From: an uncultured Ruficoccus sp. | GTDB lineage: Bacteria > Verrucomicrobiota > Verrucomicrobiia > Opitutales > Cerasicoccaceae | Assembly (NCBI GenBank): GCA_965140785.1 | Contig: OZ223475.1 | Coordinates: forward strand, 235,814-299,813 | Reading direction: 5' to 3' | DNA: 64,000 nucleotides | Notes under the pieces: generated by a model | What the model was told of the DNA's origin: nothing | Databases searched by the model: none | The model's input: only the letters and a program-made list of their open reading frames with translations | Position numbers and translations under genes: made by a program | Shown: positions 57,165 through 64,000 of the stretch, one piece after another | Position numbering within the stretch: the first letter of the stretch is position 1 | Layout: every line of letters begins with the position of its first letter

Positions 57165-57737
57165 ATGAAACGCTCGGATATCAACCGCGCTTACCGGGAG
57201 GCCCGGGCCTGTTTTCAGGCCCATGGCTGGCACCTGCCGCCGCGGCCCCGCTGGGACATCACCGATTGCGGGCTGGGCCGTTTCGACGAAGTCGGCCTCG
57301 TGCTCGTCAACCTGGCCGAGGAGCCCGAGTACTGCGAGAAGCTGATGTTCGCCCGGCAGAATCAGGTCACGCCCCTGCACACCCATCGCGTGAAAAAAGA
57401 GGACATCATCTGCCGCCACGGACGCCTGGCGATGGAGCTGTGGGGCGGACATCCCGATGAATCCGTCAAGGGCGAACCGGCCAGCATCTCGCGCAACGGC
57501 GCGCGCTTCGCCTACCGTAGCGGTGAGGCCTTTATTTTGGAGGCGGGCGAGCGCGTCACCCTCGCGCCCGGCATTTACCACAGCTTTTGGCCGATGGATG
57601 GCCCCGCCATCATCGGCGAGGTTTCGACCGCCAACGACGACGCCCACGATAACTTTTTTGTCGATCCGCAGGTCGGACGCTTTCCCGAGATCGAGGAAGA
57701 CGAGCCGGCTGAGATTCGCCTGATCCGAGAGGAATGA
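57165..57737 (+). CDS. D-lyxose/D-mannose family sugar isomerase (cupin)
   Basis: MKRSDIN, YCEKLM, TPLHTH..KKEDII, PGIYHSF, GEVSTANDD..DN.F. Confidence 0.88.
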   Translation: MKRSDINRAYREARACFQAHGWHLPPRPRWDITDCGLGRFDEVGLVLVNLAEEPEYCEKLMFARQNQVTPLHTHRVKKEDIICRHGRLAMELWGGHPDESVKGEPASISRNGARFAYRSGEAFILEAGERVTLAPGIYHSFWPMDGPAIIGEVSTANDDAHDNFFVDPQVGRFPEIEEDEPAEIRLIREE

Positions 57738-57741
57738 TCCT

Positions 57742-58766
57742 ATGAAAACCCTTGATAAAAAACTGGACCGCATCCGCGCCAACCCCTCCGCCGGGGATTT
57801 CATCCTGGCCGATGCCAAGGATGCCGACATGGCCTGGGGCATCTCCAGTCCGGGGACCGGCTATCCGCCGCGCGAGGACGGGCGCTATTTGTCGATGCCC
57901 GCCTTTATCGAGCAGATCCGTGAGGTCGTGGCCAGCGGCCACCTCGATATCCTGCTCGCCTCCACCTCGGTCATGAGCGTGCTGGCGCATCGGGAAAAAC
58001 TCTTTGCAAGCTCGTCGGTCACGCCTGCGATCCGTGCCAACGACACCACCGATGTCTGGATCAGTCGCGTGGCCAACTACCGCGCCGAACCCGCCCGGCC
58101 CTTTCGCACCAGCTTCCTGCGCGAGGCCCAGTACGGCAGCCTCACCGCCGATCCCGATGGCTCCCCTCGGGTTAATCTCGGGCTGTACTCGATCACGCTC
58201 AACAACGATCTGGAGCATGATTACGCGCACCTGGAGGCGTTTCGGGTTTTTCGCGAAGAGGCGGCCCGCTGCGGCTTCGAGTATTTCCTGGAGGTGTTCG
58301 CGCCGAATGTCGCGGACTGCGGCTTACCGGCGGCGGACATCCCGGCCTTCGTCAACGACTCCATCGTGCGCATGCTGGCCGGGGTCGCACGGCCACACTG
58401 GCCGAAGTTTCTAAAAATTCCCTATTTCGGGCCAGCGGCAATGGAAGAGCTCGCTGCCTACGATCCCGAGCTGGTCGTGGGGATTCTAGGCGGCGCCTCC
58501 GGCACGACCTACGACGCCTTTAAGCAGTTGGCCGAGGCCAAAAAATACGGCGCCCGCGTCGCGCTCTATGGTCGCAAGATCAAGGAGGGCCGAGCATCCG
58601 CTGACGATGGTGCGCATGCTGCGGGCAGTGGCCGACGGGCAGCTCAGCCCGGAGGAGGCGGTCAAAGCCTACCACGGCGATCTGCAAAAAACTCGGCCTC
58701 GCACCCAAACGCGCCCTGGACGTTGACATGCAGTTGACGACGCCGGAACTTAGCTACGCCCGCTGA
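57742..58766 (+). CDS. Uncharacterised TIM-barrel protein, putative class I aldolase; two frameshifts near the 3' end (~340 aa repaired)
   Basis: DFILADAKDADM, YFLEVFAPN, FLKIPY, VGILGG, ALYGRKI. Removing one G (58587-58589) and one A (58686-58691) gives EAEHPLTMVRMLRAVADG...ELSYAR*. Confidence 0.6.
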
Positions 58767-58815
58767 CGGTTTCTCGTCCGCGAGCATTCGAACTCTCACC
58801 TCCCCTATACCTCTT

Positions 58816-60297
58816 ATGAAAACGATTCCTCTCAATGCCGATGTGCAGGCTTTTCTCGGGCAGGAGCCTGTCTCTCATTTTATCAACGGCGGCTTCAGCG
58901 CCGGTCGTGCCGAAACACAGCCTGTGATGGACCCGGCGACCGGGCAGCCGGTGGCCCGCGTCGCCATGGCCCAGCCCGGAGACGTGGCGGCGGCGGTGGA
59001 GGCGGCGCACGCGGCCTTTCCGCAGTGGGCCGCTCTTTCGCCGAGCGAGCGGGCCGTGCGCCTGCACCGTCTGGCCGAGCGCATCGACGCGCACCAGGAA
59101 ACACTGGCCCAGTTGGAGGCCCTCGATGTGGGCAAGACCATCGAGGCGGCGCGGGGCTTTGACATCCCCTTCGGCGCTGAGTGCTTGCGCTATTTTGCCG
59201 ACCTGAGCGTGCAGGCCGTCTATGATCGTCCGCTGGCGCTGAAAAATATCGAGGCCCGCGTTCACCGCGCTCCCTACGGGGTCTGTGGCTTCATCTTCCC
59301 ATGGAACTTTCCCTTTACGCTGCTGTGCTGGGGCATTGGACCGGCTCTGGCTGCGGGCAACACCGTGGTGGTCAAGGCCTCGGAGGTCACGCCGCTGTCG
59401 AGCCTCTACTTCGGTAAGTTGGTCGAGGAGGCGGGTATCCCCAAGGGCGTGATCAACCTCCTCACCGGCAGCGGGCCCGAGGCCGGGCAGCCGTTGGCCG
59501 AGCACCCGCTGGTCAAGCGCATGTCCTTCACCGGTTCTTCAACCGTGGGTAAACTCATCGGGCGCATCTGCGGCGAGCGCCTGGCCGCGTGCAAGCTCGA
59601 GCTGGGCGGCAAGGGCGCCGCGGTGGTTTTCGACGATGTGGATGTGGACGCCGCCGCCGAGGGGCTGGCCGGAGCCATTACGCTCAACACCGGGCAGGTC
59701 TGCTGCACAGCTACCCGCTGGTTCCTGCATGAGAAGATTTACGACCGCTTCGTCGATAAGGTTAGCGCCGTGCTCAAATCTACTAAGGTCGGGCCCAGCC
59801 TCTCGCCGCAGACGGGCATGGGGCCGCTCGTTTCAAAAGCACAGCTCGACCGCGTGCTCGGCTACTATGAGAAGGGGCTGGCCGAGGGTGCCTCGCCTGT
59901 CGTTGCCTGTGAACGGCCCGACGTTCCGGGTGGGGAAGGGGGCTACTTCGTCTCGCCGCACCTGCTCACCGGCGACGACGACAATGTTTGCTTCCGCGAG
60001 GAAGTCTTCGGCCCGACGGCCTATCTGGTCAAGTTCAAGGACGAGGCCGAGGCTGCCGAGCGGGTGAACCGGCTCGCCTACGGCCTGGCCAACAGCGTCT
60101 GGACCACCGACATGAAACGGGCGCAGGACTTCGCCGAAAAAATCATCGCCGGTAACAGCTGGATCAACGCGCACAACGTCTTCGCCTACGGGCTTCCCTA
60201 TGGCGGAGTCAACCTCAGCGGTATGGGCGGTGGGGTCAACTCGCCCGAGACCTTCGACGACTACCTGCGCAACCAGACCATCGCCCGTCCACTGTAG
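58816..60297 (+). CDS. NAD-dependent aldehyde dehydrogenase
   Basis: FPWNFP, FTGS, LELGGK, NTGQVCC, EEVFGP, PYGGVNLSG. Confidence 0.95.
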   Translation: MKTIPLNADVQAFLGQEPVSHFINGGFSAGRAETQPVMDPATGQPVARVAMAQPGDVAAAVEAAHAAFPQWAALSPSERAVRLHRLAERIDAHQETLAQLEALDVGKTIEAARGFDIPFGAECLRYFADLSVQAVYDRPLALKNIEARVHRAPYGVCGFIFPWNFPFTLLCWGIGPALAAGNTVVVKASEVTPLSSLYFGKLVEEAGIPKGVINLLTGSGPEAGQPLAEHPLVKRMSFTGSSTVGKLIGRICGERLAACKLELGGKGAAVVFDDVDVDAAAEGLAGAITLNTGQVCCTATRWFLHEKIYDRFVDKVSAVLKSTKVGPSLSPQTGMGPLVSKAQLDRVLGYYEKGLAEGASPVVACERPDVPGGEGGYFVSPHLLTGDDDNVCFREEVFGPTAYLVKFKDEAEAAERVNRLAYGLANSVWTTDMKRAQDFAEKIIAGNSWINAHNVFAYGLPYGGVNLSGMGGGVNSPETFDDYLRNQTIARPL

Positions 60298-60314
60298 TTT
60301 TAGTTGAATACAAA

Positions 60315-60877
60315 ATGTCCGTATCCGCCCCGATGAACACGAGCGAACAAGACAGCCTGGAAGTCATCCTGCGGCAGCGCGGGCACATCCGCTCGCCCGA
60401 GGCCACGCTGACGCCGCTGACCGGCGGCGTCTCCAGCGAGATTTATCTGGTGCGGGACGGCGAGCGCCGATTCGTCGTGAAGCGGGCGCTGGAAAAACTG
60501 AAGGTGGAGGCGGACTGGTTCGCCGACCCCTCGCGCAACCGCTACGAGCAGGCCTACATGCGCTATGTGGCGGCCTTGCGCCCGGACGCGGTGCCGGGGC
60601 TGCTCTTTGGTGACGAGGAGGCGGGCTGCTTCGGGATGGAGTTTCTCGAAAATTTCCACAACTGGAAAAGCGATCTGCTGGCGGGCCAATTCAACCTCAG
60701 CCTGGCCCGCCAGGCAGGCGCACTGCTCGGAGAGATTCACGCCCGCTCGTGGGGGGACGAAACCGCCGGCGCGATTTCGACACGCTGGAAAACTTTGACC
60801 AGCTCCGTATCGACCCCTATCTGCGCGCCACCGCCGCCCGCAATCCCGACGTCGCCGATGCGCTCCTGGCCGAGGCC
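60315..60877 (+). CDS. APH/5-methylthioribose-kinase-like phosphotransferase, frameshifted (~60767) and truncated at the junction
   Basis: LTGGVSSEIY, VVKRALEKLKVEADW, RNRYE, then FDQLRIDPYL in another frame; the catalytic HGD motif is missing. Confidence 0.75.
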
Positions 60878-60878
60878 G
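60868..60878. other. Abrupt junction between Verrucomicrobiota-like and Alphaproteobacteria-like sequence
   Basis: ggccgaggccg reads ...LAEA on + (kinase) and TGLG on - (HATPase G2 box); both genes are cut here. Confidence 0.85.
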
Positions 60879-62742
60879 GTGCCCTTGCCCTGCTCCTTGG
60901 TGGTGAAGAACGGCTCGAAGATCTTGCCGAGGTGCTCGGGGGCAACGCCGCCGCCGGTATCCTCGACGATGAGCGCGGTATATTCGCCCGCCGGGATGAT
61001 CTCGCTGCGCATGGCGCGCACGTCGGTGGTGGTGACCTTGCGCGTGGCGAGCGTGAGCTTGCCCGCGCCATCGCCGCGCGACTGCATGGCGTCGCGCGCG
61101 TTCACCGCCAGATTAACGATAACCTGTTCGAGCTGCGTCGGGTCGGCCCGCACGGCGCCGAGATCGCGGTCGTGGGAGACGACAAGCTGGATCTTCTCGC
61201 CGATCAGGCGGCGCAGCATCTGCGAGACATCGGCAACCACATCGGGAAGCTGCAGCACTTCGGGGCGCAGCGTCTGCTGGCGCGAGAAGGCGAGGAGCTG
61301 GCGCGTGAGCGAGGCCGCGCGGTTCGAATTGGCGCGGATCTGCTGGATGTCGTCGTAGTCTGAATCGCCCGGGGTATGCCGCATCAGCATGAGGTCGCAG
61401 GTGCCAGAATCGCGGTGAGCACATTGTTGAAATCGTGCGCGACACCGCCGGCGAGCTGACCGACGGCCTGCATCTTGGTGGCCTGCGCAACCTGCCGCTT
61501 GAGGCGCGTTTCCTCGGATGTGTCGGTAAGGCCCAGCAGTACGGCGGCTTCACCGAGCCCGCGCACGCCGGCGAGGCTGAGCGACACCGGATCGTCGGGC
61601 TGCATGGTCAGGCGAATGGCAATGTCGCCTGCGGTCGCGGGCCCCTGCGCGAAACGGCGGATCGCCTCGCTGAGCGCGCGCTTGTCTTCACGGACGACAA
61701 GGTCGGTCGGATAAGTCGGCGGCAGTTGCCCTTCCCGACCGGCGGCGCGCATGAAGGCCGGGTTCGCGAAAAGCAGACGACCATCGCGGTCCGCCATGGC
61801 AAGGCCGAGCGGAAGCTGGCTGAGCAGGGCTTCCAGGTGCGGCGCCGCGGCGTTTCCGCCCGCACTGGCGCCGATACCCTGCCCGGCCTCGACCACCAGC
61901 ATGAGCGAGGGCGTGGTGTTGGGGTCCGGCTCCACCGGCAGATCGGGATCGGCAACAGGAACATGGTAGAGCACGAGCGCACTGCCGCGCCCGGCATCGC
62001 GCGCCCAGCCGATGCGCTCGCCTTCGTCCTGGCTCAGCAGGGCCACGAAGTCCTGCCCGGTCATGTCCGCCAGTTCATCGCCTGCGGCCTGCTGCGCAAA
62101 GCCGGTGCTGGCGGCGCGGATCATGCCGTCCGGATCGACGAGAGCCGCCGCGATGCCTGCCTTGGCCAGCCCGCGCCCGAGCTTGCCATCGAGATGCGTG
62201 ACCAGATCGGCCACCAGATCGACCGAGCTGACCGGCGCGATCCGCCAGACGAGAAAGTCGTCGCCGCGCCCCGACCTGGCCACTTCGGCCCGCCACTGTT
62301 CGCCATGGGTGCCCTTGATGGTCGCGCGGGCCATGCCGTCACGCCACGCGGTGCGCGTCGCGTCTGCCAACAGGTCCACCGAGGCAGGGTCGACGGACAG
62401 GCGCGGTGGTGCACTCGCCACGCCGAACCACGCCTCATGCGCCGCATTGGCGCACGTCAGCCGCCCGGCCCGGTCGGTCACGGCGATGGCCATGTCCGGC
62501 CGGTCGATGGCCGCGACCGTCACCGACCAGTCGGGAAGCGCGAATTCGGGTTCTGGCGCGGGCTTGCGCCGCGTCGCGACCATCCAGGCCAGCGCCGCGA
62601 AAACGGCCATGGCCGCGATGAAAACGACCGTAAGGACGGTATCGCCCGATACCACCCAGACCAGCGCGGCGCTCAGGGCCAAAGCGAGAGCGATCAGGAT
62701 CGCATCGGGCCAGCGCCCGTTTCGCTCGGCCAATGGCTTCAT
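60869..62742 (-). CDS. cckA: Cell-cycle hybrid histidine kinase CckA-like; frameshift ~61404; truncated after the G2 box (no receiver domain)
   Basis: Two TM helices, PAS regions, QATKMQAVGQLAGGVAHDFNNVLTAI, DIQQIRANSNRAASLTRQLLAFSRQQTLRP, NLAVNARDAM, IFEPFFTTKEQGKGTGLG. Confidence 0.85.
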
Positions 62743-63341
62743 GCGGAGGTATCCGGCCCGGTACTGTCGGAGGGCGTCGCTTCGGTCGTGCGGTGATGCC
62801 AGCGCATCCGGCGCGCCACGTGCTTGCGGCCGATCCAGTAACGCCAGAACAGCGAAGCCAGCACATAGCCGATGGATGCCGCAACCGTCGAAATCGCGAA
62901 AAGACCGATCAGCAGCGCCGGCGCGGCGTCGGAAAGCAGCCAGTGCGACCAGTCGGCAAGCCCTGCGCTACGCTCGTAGAGCGCATAGAACGTCGAAAGA
63001 TCGGCATGAAAGCCGAGCATGTTCCCCACCCAGATCGAAGCCGCCAGGATCAGCGGCGTAGTCGCGGGATTTGACAGGAAAGTCATCGCCGCCGCAATCG
63101 GGATGTTCCCGCGGGAGGGCACACACAACAGCGCCGCACCGATAATCTGCACGCCGGGGATCAGCGCGAAGATGCCGACCAGCAGGCCGACCGCGACACC
63201 ACGCGGCACCGAACGGCGGGTGAAACGGAACAGTTCCTGCCGGCGCGCGACCGAAGCGGTAAAGCGATTGGCCTCGAGCTGCTCGTGAGTCGGCATCTGG
63301 CTGTGCAACCAGCGCGACAGGCGGGTAAAGATCGTGCTCAT
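62739..63341 (-). CDS. DUF2062 domain membrane protein
   Basis: [12 protein letters not shown]...PGVQ...RGNIPIA...SNPAT; lies between smpB and cckA. Confidence 0.8.
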   Translation of the reverse strand: MSTIFTRLSRWLHSQMPTHEQLEANRFTASVARRQELFRFTRRSVPRGVAVGLLVGIFALIPGVQIIGAALLCVPSRGNIPIAAAMTFLSNPATTPLILAASIWVGNMLGFHADLSTFYALYERSAGLADWSHWLLSDAAPALLIGLFAISTVAASIGYVLASLFWRYWIGRKHVARRMRWHHRTTEATPSDSTGPDTSA

Positions 63342-63819
63342 CGATTGTCCCGCAGAATCCGTGCCTGATCGCGCTTCCAGTCGCGCTCTTTGATCGTGTG
63401 CCGCTTGTCCGCGGCGTTCTTGCCCTTGCGAGCGCCAGTTCGACCTTGGCGCGCCCGCGGCTGTTGAAATAGATCGACAGCGGAACCAGCGTCATGCCCT
63501 TGCGATCCACCGCGCCTTGCAGCTTGTCGATCTCGCGCGCGTGCAGCAGCAGCTTGCGGGGCCGCTTGGGCTGGTGGTTGAAACGGTTGCCGTGGCTGAA
63601 TTCGGGCACGTTGGCATTGACCAGCCAGCATTCGCCGTCCTTCACCTCGGCATAGGACTCCGCGATGGAGCCTTCGCCGAAGCGCAGGCTCTTCACCTCG
63701 GTGCCGGTCAGCGCAATGCCTGCCTCGAAGGTATCTTCAATATGGTAGTTGAAGCGGGCCTTGCGGTTTTCAGCGACGCTCTTCTGCTTGTCGAATGTCT
63801 TGTGTTGCGGACGTGCCAT
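63338..63819 (-). CDS. smpB: SsrA-binding protein SmpB (frameshift at ~63428)
   Basis: [40 protein letters not shown], then [16 protein letters not shown] in the next frame. Confidence 0.95.
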
Positions 63820-63870
63820 GGTGGAGCGGCATGTAGGGATACATGCGGCAAAAGAAAACGTCCCTTTCGG

Positions 63871-63904
63871 CGAATGACGCTCGCAAAGCGGTATGCGTCA
63901 TTCG
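63871..63904. repeat. 10-bp inverted repeat overlapping the stop of the last gene; possible terminator
   Basis: cgaatgacgc-N14-gcgtcattcg. Confidence 0.35.
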
Positions 63905-64000
63905 TGCTGCAGATAAATGTCCAGATGCACCAGCTTTCCGGCCCCGTCGAACTGGTAGACGGTGCAGGAATTCACCACCGTCTCGTCGCCGCCGCGCGGG
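63898..64000 (-). CDS. 3' end of a SnoaL/NTF2-like protein (partial)
   Basis: Minus strand reads PRGGDETVVNSCTVYQFDGAGKLVHLDIYLQHE*. Confidence 0.5.
   Translation of the reverse strand, partial: PRGGDETVVNSCTVYQFDGAGKLVHLDIYLQHE

Noticed and set aside
60315..61358. Apparent 347-aa kinase ORF and 60737-61390 kinase ORF as real fusions
   Set aside because: Both are read-through across a frameshift and the chimeric junction into the antisense of the other gene.
63338..64000. tmRNA gene or integration site next to smpB
   Set aside because: No ssrA-like ends or integrase visible; the flanks are ordinary CDSs.
1..64000. CRISPR arrays, rRNA, tRNA, prophage or defence genes
   Set aside because: No regularly spaced repeats, RNA-gene signatures, or phage/defence motifs were recognised by eye.

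Overview
Positions 1 to ~60870 look like a glycan-degrading Verrucomicrobiota genome, probably Opitutia. This is inferred from three PEP-CTERM proteins, prepilin/H-X9-DG proteins, a Verru_Chthon-A-like PilX protein and Opitutales-style LacI/AraC regulators. The window opens with the end of cysA and a decayed IS-bounded island carrying a secreted YD-repeat protein. About 54 kb of carbohydrate-utilisation loci follow, with no SusC/SusD or TonB-dependent receptor. Three loci repeat one plan: regulator + PEP-CTERM surface protein + pilin-like protein + secreted CAZyme-like enzyme + inner-membrane sugar symporter + Gfo/Idh/MocA oxidoreductase. Two LacI regulons can be read directly from palindromic operators. 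One of them includes a PelA-hydrolase/GH114-GH166-like enzyme, suggesting catabolism of alpha-1,4-galactosaminoglycan (Pel/GAG-type). An AraC gene sits between a corrinoid protein + UroD/MtaA-family pair and an Fe(II)/2OG dioxygenase; both promoters carry matching araI1/I2-like tandem half-sites, making this a candidate dual-chemistry demethylation regulon. A rare-sugar catabolic operon with an uncharacterised putative aldolase follows. At ~60870 the sequence switches mid-gene to alphaproteobacterial (sphingomonad-like) cckA-DUF2062-smpB, most likely a chimeric join. About nine single-base frameshifts, two in normally indispensable genes, point to long-read indel errors. No rRNA, tRNA or CRISPR array was seen. 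All functional calls come from motif recognition by eye, not database searches.
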